Part shown: positions 1 through 11,555 of the stretch, in pieces
Position numbering within the stretch: the first letter of the stretch is position 1
Layout: each line of letters starts with the position of its first letter
NCBI RefSeq assembly: GCF_000142905.1
Contig: NW_013657630.1
Location: 187,753-251,752, forward strand
DNA: 64,000 bases
Reading direction: 5' to 3'
Source: Thecamonas trahens ATCC 50062
Taxonomy: Eukaryota > Protista > Apusomonadida
Program-made: the position numbers and the translations under genes
Notes under the pieces: model-generated
What the model was told of the DNA's origin: nothing
Databases searched by the model: none
What the model saw: only the letters and a program-made list of their open reading frames with translations

Positions 1-480
1 GGGTTTGGTTTGGCGTGGCGTGGGGTGGGAAAGGGACTGTGGGGGGGGGGGTGGGGGGGTGGGGGGTTGGGGGGGGTTGGGGGGGTTGGGGGGGGTTGGG
101 GGGGGGGGGTTGGGGGAACAGGTCATGGAAGCTCGTTCCGTACCAGGTCCGCTAATCATGGCACGGATGGTGCCCGAGACGAGGGCCACACGCTTGTTGC
201 AGTAGAACTCGTGGTTGTCGGAGGAGACCAGCTTGACGTATTCGACTTCGTCACCCATGGTGAGAGAGAGTGTGTGTCTGCGGGGGAAAGGGGAGGGGTG
301 TGGGCAGGTGCTGTGGTGGCGGTGGTGTGTGTGGGGTGTGCCATCGGTTGTCGGTTCGTCGGTTCGTCGGTTCGTCGGTCGATCGGTTCGTCGTCGGTCC
401 GTCGGTCGTTCATTGGTTGTTGGTTAATGGCTGCTGTTGGTGGTGGTTGGCGCGCCACTTGTATTCAAATATTTCATATC

Positions 481-1814
481 ATGGCGTTCGACTGGGGCAC
501 CCTTGACCCGGAGGCGCTCAACACTGCTAAGGTCGTCGAGCTGCGCGAGGTGCTGAAGAAGAATGGCGTACGTGGCAAGTAATGTGTGAGGATGGACAGG
601 GGGGAGGGGGAAGGGGGCTGGTGGGACGTAGGAGTGGGGGTGGGTGCCGGCGAAGAGGCCAGGGTGCTGGGGTGCGGGTGGCGGGTGCCAGTGCGCGCCA
701 AAGTAACTTGCGCGCCAGCCGACTCACCCATGGCCGGCCATGGCGGACGGTGCGACAGATCTCTGCTCCGTCGCGGGCGCGCAAGGCCGAGTACATCGAG
801 ATTCTGGTGAATGCGGCAGGGACCGGCAGCGCAGGGCCCAAGCCGAGCAAGAAGAAGTCGAAGAAGAAGTCTGTCAAGAAGCCCGTTGTCAAGTCACAGC
901 CCAAGGACGAGGCCGCTCCGGCCAAGAAGGCCTCGACCAAAAAGAAGGCCTCGACCAAGACCGCTGCTAAGAAGAAGGCTTCGACCAAGGGCGAGCCCAA
1001 GCGGGCGGCCAAGGGTGGAAAGTCGGCGCTCATCGCCCAGACTCCGTCGTCGCCGCCGTCCAAGCCGCTGCCCGCGCCGGCGGGGCTGACCTCGCCGAGC
1101 AAGCCGGCAGCTTCGCCGGCCTCCGACGGCTCGACGCCGGCAGCTGTGCCTGTGCCCACTATCACGCCCTTCCTCTACGTGCCGAACTTGATCGGCTACG
1201 CGCGGGTCGCCCTCCTCGTCTACGCCGGGTGGACATGCCTCGACCAGCCGCTGGTCTCGATCTGCGCCTACATGCTCTCGATGTTCCTGGACGCATTTGA
1301 CGGTATGGCGGCCCGGCACTTTGGCCAGGCGTCGCAGTTTGGCGCGGTGCTGGACATGGTCTCGGACCGCGTCACCACCATGTACCTCTGCGGCGTCCTC
1401 GCCCATCTCTATGACAGCCACATGCTCATCTTTGTCTTCCTCATCGGCCTCGACTTTGCCTCGCACTGGATCCATATGTACGCCTCGATGCTCAAGCAGA
1501 AGACCTCGCACAAGGCTGTCTCTCGCGACTCGAACCTCATCCTGCACGCCTACTACAACGTGCCGTACCTCATGTTCTTTGTCTGCTTCTTTGCCGAGTC
1601 GTTTTACGTCCAGCTCTTTGTCCTTGCCAACGAGAACAACGGCAACATCAACCTTAACTGGACTGTGCCGTACAACGGCAAGTCGTACTCGTTCTTCTAC
1701 GTCTGCCTCCTCGTCTCCGCCCCGTTCTTTGTCTTTAAGCAGATCGCAAACGTGGTCCAGCTCCTCGAGGCCTCGTGCGACATTGTTGCACTCGATGTTG
1801 CCAAGCGTGGCTAA
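481..1814 (+). CDS. PIS1: Phosphatidylinositol synthase (CDP-alcohol phosphatidyltransferase) with N-terminal HeH/LEM-like module and Lys-rich linker; exons 481-567 and 759-1814
   Basis: FLYVPNLIGYARV and the CDP-alcohol motif DAFDGMAARHFGQASQFGAVLDMVSDR; phase-0 intron GTACGT(568)..GACAG(758) with CTCAC branch site joins KKNG to ISAPSRARK. Confidence 0.9.
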
Positions 1815-2006
1815 TGATGTAAACTCGCGCATAAGTGAACCAATCGGCTGAGCGCCCCGTGTCCGAGTCGGTGTCTGGGTCCGTGCCCGAGCACACCGAG
1901 GCGAGTCCGGCGAGTCGTTGTGCAGTTTGCACTCGACTCAACTCGACACGCCCCCCTTCCACCAACCCGACCTCCTCTCCCCATACACACACCCACCTGC
2001 CACAAC

Positions 2007-2432
2007 ATGTGCAAGGACTGCCTCAGGAGCGTTTGTCCGGACCGCGGGTCAATGGCTCTGGACACCGGGGCGTACTTTGCCAACTACACAGGCTGCGCCG
2101 AGTGCTCGGTCTTCCGCCTCGCCGTCCGCGACAAGACGGCCGATGAGGACGACGAGGGCAACGAGACCGTCTCGTTCACGCGTACGCCACGGGTAGGGGG
2201 GGGGGGGTCAGAGAAGGTGGGAACAGAGGCGAGGCGATGGCGACTCACAGTGCAGCGACTCTCCACAGACGTGTGCGGCGCGTGCGAGCACGTCATTGCC
2301 CTCCACGAGTTCTCCTGCATCGTCGACGACGGCCGCCACGAGTACTCGATGAGCTGTCTGCTGTGCGGGATGGCCGAAGACTCGCGCGCCATTGGCGTGT
2401 ACGACGCTGGCGCCGCCAGCGCGCTGACCTAG
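2007..2432 (+). CDS. CHURC1: Churchill-family zinc-binding protein; exons 2007-2181 and 2269-2432
   Basis: MCKDC...PDRG..LDTGAYFANYTGCAEC...HVCGACEHVIALHEF...EYSMSCLLCGMAED follows the Churchill pattern; removing intron 2182-2268 restores the conserved His in H-V-C. Confidence 0.88.
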   Translation: MCKDCLRSVCPDRGSMALDTGAYFANYTGCAECSVFRLAVRDKTADEDDEGNETVSFTRTPRVGGGGSEKVGTEARRWRLTVQRLSTDVCGACEHVIALHEFSCIVDDGRHEYSMSCLLCGMAEDSRAIGVYDAGAASALT

Positions 2433-2482
2433 CACCTGAAGCCAAAAGCTCGGGGAAGCGCGCACGCGAGAGTAAACGTGTT

Positions 2483-4652
2483 TCATGTCCGCCGCACCAC
2501 AATGTCCTCCAGATCGGTCAGACGCGAGTCCATGCCCGCCAGTGTGGCGGACCACTGCGCGGTCGACGCCGCGATGCGCTTCTCCATCGCTCGCAGCGAG
2601 CGCTGGTGGTCAAGCTGCAGCTGCGCCGTCGCCTTGCTCACCTGCTCGTTCATCAGGCCAACAAGTGAGCCGAGGAGCTGGTCGAGCTGCACAGGCGTGA
2701 GCTCGACGAGAGCGGCCGGCGCCGGCGCAGCAGCCGCATCGGCGGCGGCGGCCTCGAGCGCGACCACACGCGCTACCGCGCCGTCGACTGACGCCGCCAG
2801 CGGCTCCCACCCTCCCTCAAGCAGCTGGATCCTGTGCGCGAGCTTGCTCACCAGCTTGTTGTCGCCGTTGTCGGCGAGTGCCTCATTGGTCTTGGCCACT
2901 GCGGACTCGAGCCGCGAGAGCCGCGGGACAACCGCTGCAAGCCCTGCCTCGGCCTGCCGCCACGGCTCGGTCATTGATCGCTCGGTCAGCGCCGAGACGA
3001 CACCGTTCATGGCGTCCAGCCGCGACTGAATCGAAGCAATGGCGGCCTCCAGCGGCGCAGACGCAAAGATTGCATGTGGCGTACGCGCACCCGCCGTCGC
3101 ATGCTCCCTCTCACCCTCGGCGCCTGAGCTGGTGCCGGCATCGGCCGCGGTAGATGCGGCGGCAAGCGCCTCATCAATGCGACTTTCGACCACCGCAAGA
3201 CGCGAGCGGATGCCGGCCACCGCACCGTCGAGCTGCTCGATAGAAGCAGCCTGTTTGCCAGCGGCAGCGGTGGCGGCAGCGGCGGACGACTGCGCGGCGT
3301 CAACAGCGGCACGATCGTCCACGCTCAGCGATGCTGCTACCGCCGGGGTCACTGGTCCGCTACGCGCCATGCTTCCCAGCTGGCTCTCGAGCGAGTCAAT
3401 TCGGCTTCCAAGCGCGTCGGCCGTACGCGCTAGCTGCGTTTTGAGGGCTCCCATGAGAGCATGTAGCTCTGGGACCGCAGCATCGGCTAGCGACGGCTCA
3501 GCAGCCTGTGCGTCCGAAAGCGCCTCCAGCGTCAGTGCAGGAGAGAGTGAGGACGACGACAGCTCGAGCGCCGGCGCCGGCGATCGCAGCTCGTCGCGGA
3601 CAGTTGGCTGCGCGCTCTGGCCTAGCGAGGCCGCGAGCGCTGCCAGCGTGGGTGTCGCCGGCGGGAGAGAGGCGGTAAACATCGATGAAGGCGACGGCTG
3701 GGCGCGGATTGGCGACGGCGATGGCGACAGTGAGGAAGGCCGAGGCGGGGACGTGTGCAGCAGCGGCGGATCGATGGCCAGCTCATCGAGGTCTCCGCCG
3801 TCTAGAAGCGCTTCGAGCGCCGACGCCACCCGAGTCCGTGCTGCTGCATCCACGGCCGCAGGGGAGGGTGTGAGGCGGAGGGTGGCAAGTGAACGGAGCC
3901 GTGGCAAGAGCCGCGCCACAGCATCAAGCGTCTCAGCGCGCAGCTCAATGCCCTCAAGGTCAAGCGCAACGAGCGTCGATGGCGATAGTGCGCCAAGGAG
4001 CGGAAGCAGCGCATTGGGCGCCACATCGGGGTTGCCGCCGAGCCGGATCGCACGCAGCGTGCGGCAGCCGGCAAGCGCGGCGGCCGTCGCCGAGCCGGCA
4101 CACGTCCTGCAGAGGTTGAGCTCGGTGAGCGGACGCGCCGGGTTGTTGGCGGCGGAGAGTGCCAGGGATGCGGCAGCGTCATCGCCGAGTGGATTGCCCG
4201 ACACGTCCAGCGCTGTGAGCGCGCGGTTGGTGGCGAGGGCCGGGGCGAGGGCCGCAGCGCCTCGAGCAGCAAAGGCGTTGTGAGCCAGCGAGAGCGCTGT
4301 CAGCGAAACGTTGACTTTGAGCGAGGTGGCGAGCGCCGCGAGGCCGGCGTCCTTGATCTCGTTGCCGTCGAGGACGAGGCGTGCGAGAGCGACGGCCGGC
4401 GAAGCAAGAAGCGCCGCCAGCGCAGCTGCGCCGTGGTTGCCAACACGGGCATTGGCAAGCGAGAGCACCCGCAGCGGCCAGCCTTTGTGCGGCGCAAGGC
4501 GCGGCTTGCCCAGCGGCCCGCACAGTGCGGCGACGCCGGCCGAGCCGACCATGGTCCCGTCCAAGACCAGCGCATCGAGGGTCGGAAAGGCAGCCAGCGC
4601 CGCGGCCAGCTGCCCGACTCCCGCAGGCGTCATCCCCGCCGCGCCAGAGCAG
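2483..4652 (-). CDS. RNI-like leucine-rich repeat protein with C-terminal coiled coil (5' end lost in gap)
   Basis: 28-aa repeats such as LVLDGNEIKDAGLAALATSLKVNVSLTALSLAHNAF; heptad-rich C-terminus; ORF runs into the N-gap. Confidence 0.8.
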
Positions 4653-5208
4653 NNNNNNNNNNNNNNNNNNNNNNNNNNNNNNNNNNNNNNNNNNNNNNNN
4701 NNNNNNNNNNNNNNNNNNNNNNNNNNNNNNNNNNNNNNNNNNNNNNNNNNNNNNNNNNNNNNNNNNNNNNNNNNNNNNNNNNNNNNNNNNNNNNNNNNNN
4801 NNNNNNNNNNNNNNNNNNNNNNNNNNNNNNNNNNNNNNNNNNNNNNNNNNNNNNNNNNNNNNNNNNNNNNNNNNNNNNNNNNNNNNNNNNNNNNNNNNNN
4901 NNNNNNNNNNNNNNNNNNNNNNNNNNNNNNNNNNNNNNNNNNNNNNNNNNNNNNNNNNNNNNNNNNNNNNNNNNNNNNNNNNNNNNNNNNNNNNNNNNNN
5001 NNNNNNNNNNNNNNNNNNNNNNNNNNNNNNNNNNNNNNNNNNNNNNNNNNNNNNNNNNNNNNNNNNNNNNNNNNNNNNNNNNNNNNNNNNNNNNNNNNNN
5101 NNNNNNNNNNNNNNNNNNNNNNNNNNNNNNNNNNNNNNNNNNNNNNNNNNNNNNNNNNNNNNNNNNNNNNNNNNNNNNNNNNNNNNNNNNNNNNNNNNNN
5201 NNNNNNNN
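4653..5208. other. Assembly gap (N run)
   Basis: run of n. Confidence 0.99.
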
Positions 5209-5512
5209 AGGGGGGGGGGGGGAATCCAGGGATCGGGCGGCGTGGGTAGGTGCGGGCAGTGTGGAATGGCGGGGTCAGGTTGTGGGGAGGAGATACCTAT
5301 GATGTTTCTCTCTCTGTGTGTGCGTGTGTGTGTGCGTGTGTTTAGGGTGGGATCGGGGCTCTTCGGCCCAGACCGAGCAACCAGTCTCCGGTACCCCCCC
5401 CCCTCCCCTCCGCCGCTCGGCCGCCGGCTGTCCGTTGCCGTCGAGCTGCCTGCTCCTCCAGCTAGCTCGACGTCGGCTCGAGGCCGGCACTCCACGCCAC
5501 ATCCACCCACCG

Positions 5513-7564
5513 ATGGCCAACGGCGCGGACGAAAGCGCCTGGCTGGCCTTTACAGTCTCTGACGCACCGGGCGGCCCGCGCTCGCCGTTGACGGTCTACG
5601 CGCCGGCGGGGCGGGCAGGCGGCGGGAGCCCGCACTCGGCACCGCCTGGGTCGGCGCTGTCGGCGGCGGTGGCCGACCTGCCGTTCCTGGCGTACAACAC
5701 GGCCGAGCCGCTGCCGCAGACGCCTGCGCCGAGGCCTGCACTAACGTCAGACTCGCCGCCGCCTCCAACGGCGCCTGAAGGGACGCCTGACGGCGGCGGA
5801 CGGTCGCTGGCGCCGACTCACGCGTCGCGGTCGACGCTGCTCCTCGAGCCGGTGGCGCTTGATCCGGACGCGCCGGCGTACGTCTCACCGTACCCGACGC
5901 GGGCGTCGCCGATGCAGACTGGTGACATGCGCGCTATTCTGCTCTCGGGCGTTCCGCCGCCGCGTATCCTGGATCCGGTCGAGCCGCCCGTCTTTGCCGA
6001 GTCAATCGCCGCGTATGTGGCGCCGGCGCCGCGGGCGGGACTGGCCCGCTCCGGCGCGTTGGCTGATGCAGATGCGCCCATCTCGGTCGGCCACATTCCT
6101 GCCCGCCGCCCGCCGCTTGGCGCGTCGCTCGGCCCTGCCGCCGACGTCGAATCAGCCCCGTTTCTCCGACCGAACCGCTACCTCGACCCGGCTGCAGACG
6201 ATGCCCGCCCACGGTCTGCCTCGATCTTCCCGGACCGAAACCCGATGCTGCCGACCTCGTCCAACACCTACACTCGCTCGCCATGGGCCGCCTCTTCCGC
6301 CGAGGTCTTTACCCCGCGACGCCAGGACTCTGCCGTTGGCCACCAGGTCCGCCGCGCCGCGGTCGCCTCGGTCGTCGGCTCGCCGACCCCGTTCCGCGAT
6401 CCGGCTCGCCCACGCGAGTGGCGGTGGACCGAGCGCTCCGCGCTAGGCAACGGCGGTGCTGCCCACACCGTCCACACCTCACCTGGCTCTTCGACCGCAC
6501 TCTCCTACGCCGGTGCCCGAACCGAACCGCAGCCGCAGCCGCCGGCCGCAGCAACGACCCGCCCGGTGCCACTCCGCGACCCGTTCTCTATCGACGGTGT
6601 GCTGCGACTGGTGCACGAGTGTGAGCAACACACTCGTGCCATTGGGCTGCGTGCCGGCGGGAGCACACGCTCTCCGCCGCCCGCGGCCGAGACCACCACC
6701 AGCTCGCCCGGCACGCCGCCGCGCCCGTCACCGCACCCGTCACCAAACCTGTCGCCGCGCGCAGCCGACCCCGCCACCCGCGCTCGCTACGAAGCCTTGC
6801 GCCAGCACTCGGTCGAAGCCTACGTAGCCATGGCTCATCAGCCACGGGGAGATGCGCAGGAAGAGCAGGTCGAGCGTGATGTCGAGCCAGCCGAGTCAGC
6901 CGAGTCGGTCAAGCCAGCCGAGTCAGCCGAGCCAGCTGAAGAGGATGTGCAGGCCGCCGTTGCAGCCATGGAGACCGAGCAGCTGATTGCTCTGCTTCAG
7001 GCTAGGGCCGAGCCCGCTCATGTTCTGGCCGCTGCTGGCGCCGAGCTGGCGCAGCGAGTGGCAGCCCCCCGTAAGATCGACGAGACGGAGGAGACGGAGA
7101 AGCGAGCCCCAGCCCCTGTCTCTGCGCCGCCATCGCCACTCTCGCCCTTGGAGTCATCGCTGCGCTTGCCATCCGAACCATCGCTGTTTGGAGACGAAGA
7201 GAACTGGACGCCACTCTCGCTCCGCGGTGCGTTTGACTACTATCCTCTCCACCGCGAGGAGCGCGAGTATGCTCACGCCGCAACCACGTTCCGCCTCGAC
7301 ACGCCGGAGCTCTCGATAATCAGCGCGGAACCTATGCAGATCGCCGACGCCGGCTCAATTGACTCTGAGATCAATCGCCTCGACTCGCTTCTTGACTCGT
7401 TCTACCACATTGCCAACGAGGCCGTCACGCCTGTGCCTCAGCGAGGCGGCGGCGGCAGCGCCGGGTGGGACGCGCTCACGCCGCGACCGGCCCAAGCACG
7501 AGGGAGAGGGGATGGCCGACGCAACTTGGTACAGCAGGGGCTAGAGCACCACGGAATGATGTAG
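5513..7564 (+). CDS. Hypothetical Pro/Ala/Ser-rich, largely disordered protein
   Basis: long GC3-biased ORF from ATG 5513; no recognisable domain. Confidence 0.65.
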   Translation: MANGADESAWLAFTVSDAPGGPRSPLTVYAPAGRAGGGSPHSAPPGSALSAAVADLPFLAYNTAEPLPQTPAPRPALTSDSPPPPTAPEGTPDGGGRSLAPTHASRSTLLLEPVALDPDAPAYVSPYPTRASPMQTGDMRAILLSGVPPPRILDPVEPPVFAESIAAYVAPAPRAGLARSGALADADAPISVGHIPARRPPLGASLGPAADVESAPFLRPNRYLDPAADDARPRSASIFPDRNPMLPTSSNTYTRSPWAASSAEVFTPRRQDSAVGHQVRRAAVASVVGSPTPFRDPARPREWRWTERSALGNGGAAHTVHTSPGSSTALSYAGARTEPQPQPPAAATTRPVPLRDPFSIDGVLRLVHECEQHTRAIGLRAGGSTRSPPPAAETTTSSPGTPPRPSPHPSPNLSPRAADPATRARYEALRQHSVEAYVAMAHQPRGDAQEEQVERDVEPAESAESVKPAESAEPAEEDVQAAVAAMETEQLIALLQARAEPAHVLAAAGAELAQRVAAPRKIDETEETEKRAPAPVSAPPSPLSPLESSLRLPSEPSLFGDEENWTPLSLRGAFDYYPLHREEREYAHAATTFRLDTPELSIISAEPMQIADAGSIDSEINRLDSLLDSFYHIANEAVTPVPQRGGGGSAGWDALTPRPAQARGRGDGRRNLVQQGLEHHGMM

Positions 7565-7659
7565 GGCAGATTGGTAAAGGGCCCACTGATGATGATCCAC
7601 AGCGAAGGGAGACCCGGACGTCCCGATTTTGCGCGGCCACGGACCGCAACACTCAAAAG

Positions 7660-7820
7660 TGCAAAAAAAAACGTCAGTTGATGACTTTTGGTGTGATTTT
7701 ATATATTTTATTGTATTTGTGATGATTCAATATAAAATATCCAGCTTCAATTATATACTCATATTATTTACAGGATTCATGTACAATTATATAATTATTT
7801 GGCTCAGAGATTAAGGTTTT
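7660..7820. other. AT-rich island between genes (candidate terminator/promoter region)
   Basis: sharp drop in GC compared with flanking CDS. Confidence 0.4.
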
Positions 7821-8254
7821 GCCACATCTTGGTGGAAATCACCTTTTTGCCCCTTTTCCCCAGCTGGCAACCTCTCTCACATCTGGAAGCACGCGTCGTA
7901 GTATCGACACATTCTGCACTAACTATCTAGCTGGCTCTCTCGCGCTATTTCTCTTGGGTCTGAGCTCACATGCCCATGCGCATACTCAACCACCCCCTTT
8001 ATCGTATGATCGTTTCGATCCCAAGTTTTCACGCTTGTCGCCTCCCTCGCCTCAGCGATCTCTTTCTTCATCGCTTGCCATCGCGCGCGTCTCTCCTCAT
8101 CACCTATTCCCCTTCCTTCCCGCCCCTCTATCCGTTTTACCGCCTCTGTTTAGCTCTGCTAAGCTTTTCCCCCTCTCCTCGCCCAACCCGCTCGCGACGG
8201 TACCATCGACCATCTCTCTCGCTGCACCCCCCCACACGCAGTGGACCCGCGCGT

Positions 8255-11200
8255 ATGCCCGCAAGCAAGAAGAAGGTCAAGGGTGCGCCCAGCACGGGCA
8301 AGAGCGGTGGGTCCAAGGCCAAGGGCACTGGCAAGAAGAGCGGCAAGAAGGGCAAGGGTGGGCGCAAGGGCAAGTCGGTCCACAACGACGGGTTCCCCAC
8401 GCTCAAGCTCGAGTCGGTCTACATTGAGGGCCGCAAGGTCTCGGCCGGGCTCAACAAGCTCCGCGGCGAGCACCCGCAGCTGCCGAACCACTACTACTGG
8501 TCGGTCACGCGCGCGCGGTCGACGCTCTTCTCCGGCTGGTTCTGCCGTGAGGACCTCGTGCTCAAGGTTCGCGACTACATCCTGCAGGTCCAGGCCGAGG
8601 GCCGCGAGGCCTCGTTCGACTTTGACACCGAGGACAAGGTTCGCATGGGCATCCTCGCCCGTGACGCTGTCGGCGAGCTCAACGAGGCCAACGCGCCAAC
8701 CCGCCCGGATGCGTTTCTCCGCAACTCGGACGGCACGTACTCGCTCAACATTGTGCCGGTCGTCCCGGCGCCGCGTGCAAACCACAAGAAGAAGAAGGGC
8801 TCCGCGAGCTCGGGAACCTCGCCCACCTCGCGTGGGCGCGGGCGTGGCCTACGTGGGCGCGGGCGTGGCGCGGGCGGGCGCGGGCGCGGGCGTGGGCGCG
8901 GGCGCGGCTCGCACTCGTCGGCCTCGTCCGTCCCCTTTGTCCCGCCGGTCGGCGCTGGCGGTATTGGCATCGGCCTCGGCGTCGCGCCCATCGTCGACCT
9001 CGCGACCATGCCGGCGCTCACGCTAGCGACACGCGGTACGGCCGACGATCCAGCGGTGGACATGGACACTGCGCCCATCGCGCCCGGAGGCGCTGCAGAC
9101 TCGGGCGGCCCGCCGAAGGCTGCCGAGCCCGACCCGTCGGAGCCTGCCATTTTGCGGAATCCCGAGGTTCGCGAGCTGCTTGACCTCATCAACGGGCGGG
9201 TCGAGACGCTCGGGCTTGATCCGAGCAACCCAAAGATCCAGGAGCTTGCCACGCTCGCGCTCGGCTCGTCTGCCGCCCTCTCCGATTCGGCGCGCCGCAA
9301 GCGTAAGCGGCAGCTTCGGCGCGGCTCGTCGCGGCCATCGAAGCGCTCGACATCGTCCAAGCGCTCCGAAGCGTCGTCGTCGGACGACGCTTCGTCTGAT
9401 TACTCGTCGACCGAAGAGGATGCCCGCATCGCCGTCTCCGAGTTCCGCGACCGGCTTGCGGCGCTGCAGGACGTGGCCCGCCGCCAGCGGGCAGCTACGG
9501 TCGCTGCGGCAAGCAAGGCCGCCGGTGCGGCTGGGGGCTCGGGGCTTGGCGGAGGGTCTGCGGGTGCCGCACCGCGGCCGCCGTCACCGGCCACTGCGGC
9601 GCAGCAGGCCCAGTGGGCCGGTGAGCTGGGTGGCGGGCCGTCGTCGCACCTCCTTCACTTTGCAACGCCGTTCGAGGCGCCTGGCGTTGCGCCGCTCCCG
9701 CTCCCACTCCCGCTCTCTCTGGGCGATGGACGGAGCGCTTTGCCGCGCGGCTCTCGTGCGCTGCGTGCTTTTGCCGCTGCTCTGGACAAGCCGACGCTCG
9801 CGGCGGTGCTTGACGCACAAGAGGCATCGGTGGAGAAGACCAAGTTTAGCATTGCCGATACGCTCGTCTCGCCTGTCACGCTCGTCAACACGGTTGTTCT
9901 CGAGGACGAGTGCGACGAAGCGCGGACGAGGGCTGACGTCGACGACGACGGCGCAAGCGGCTCGGAGCGGCTCGGGTACTGCTATCACTGCGAAGAGTCG
10001 TCGACGAGCGCCGAGAACGAGGTCCGCAAGTGCGCGTACTGCATCCGCGAGTTCCACGTCAACTGCGCAGGGTACGTCGAGTCGGAGACCGGGGCGTTCA
10101 TTTGCCCAGCCTTCCATCCCAGCCGGCTCGTTACTGTTCCGCACGCGACCGAGGCCGACGTCGTCCCGTTTGCCTCTCAGCCGTCGCTCAGCTTTGGCAC
10201 CGCCGCATCGCCGTCGCGGGTCGAGGCGACGCCGATCCGCGACCCGGCGACGGCGTACAAGCTCAAGTCAGACGGCTTGCTTGTGCGAGCCGTGGCCGAT
10301 CCAGGCCTGCCGCCGTTTCTGGTCGCCGGCGTTGTGGACGCCCACGTGGCGCGGTCAGTTGGCGACTTTTTCCTGCCGGCCTTTGTCGACGCCGTTGTCG
10401 CCGCCGTCCGGGTTGAGCAGTCGGCGTGCGCGTCGGCGCAGTTCTCGCTTGCGCCACCGCAGGTCCAGGCCCGGCTCCGCGCCGCGCTCCACACCGCCGC
10501 CAGCAACCTAGACAAGGCGTACGCGGCGCGATTTGCGCAGCGGGTGGCTGCGGCGCGGACGGCCGGCGTGGCGCCTCCGCCGGACGGCGGTTGCGGCCTT
10601 GCCGTTGCAGTTGTCTGTGACGGGTGGCTCATGTCGGTCTCCATTGGCTCGCCGCGTGTCGTCCACTTTGTGGTCAAGCCCGACGCCTTTGTCATTGCCT
10701 CGCAGTCGGCGGCGACCAACGTGGCCATTGACACAGCGACGTCGGCGACGACGACGCTCAAGCTTCCGCAGTGGCAGGTGGCGAGCGCGACCGCTGACGA
10801 CTCGCCAGGCAACGCGCTCCGGTCGCTCCAGGCCTACGCCGCCGGCTGCTCTTTTGTGGCGCTGCCGAGCTACGAGATCCGTGAGCTCCCGCTCGACCGG
10901 ACCGAGGTCAAGGCTGCGCTCGCTGCTGAGGCTCACCCGTGGCCATCGGCCAACGATTCGCTGCGGGCGATGATCCCATCACTGAGGCGGACGTTTGTGG
11001 CGCCACCGGCAGCACTTTTCAGAACAAGCTTGGCATCCCATACCGCATCATGTCTGTCGGTGCCTCGCTGGGTGACGTGCTGTTCAAGCCTGACGATGCG
11101 CCGCCGCTTGTCGACAACACGCCGCAAGTTCACTTTACCGAGCTCTCGTCGCTTCCGGCCGCCATCCTGGTCGCCACCGACGGCCTCTTCTACCAGACCG

Positions 11201-11490
11201 ACGTGCTCGACTCGGAGCCGGCGACCGAGGTCAACGCATGGCTCGCTGAGCAGATCTCGCTCTCACTCGGCGCTGGCATCTCGCTCTCGCGGCTGGCTGC
11301 CCGACTGGCGTACCGCCCGTGGCTCGACCCATCCGAGGCCCGCGACGACTGCACTGCCATTCTCATTCGCGTCAGCCCGCCAAACATTATGGACGCGACC
11401 CCGGTCGCTCCGCTCGATGCCGGCGCCCGTAAGCATCCCGTCTTCCGCACCCGGACCGGGTCGCTTGTCCCGGGCGTGGAGGTTATCTAG
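8255..11490 (+). CDS. Basic/RG-rich N-terminus + PHD-type zinc finger + PP2C-like phosphatase domain; apparent -1 frameshift near 10965
   Basis: PHD-like YCYHC..KCAYCIREFHVNC..FICP; PP2C-like GVVDAH, VSIGSPR, SLGDVLFK, ILVATDGLF, RDDCTAILIR; the last motifs lie in the 10939..11490 frame. Confidence 0.75.
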
Positions 11491-11555
11491 GCAGCAAGCA
11501 AAAGCGCACACATAGACACACACACAGACTCACACGCAACTCCATGCGGAGTTGG

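Noticed and set aside
1-120. G-rich (G8TT)n-like tract as a telomere
   Set aside because: The unit is irregular, and similar poly-G/poly-C tracts occur in many intergenic regions and introns in this window
3039-4283. Long antisense or alternative-frame ORFs, here and throughout (e.g. 32982-34532, 51015-52481)
   Set aside because: Shadow ORFs are expected in high-GC coding DNA, and these have no motifs
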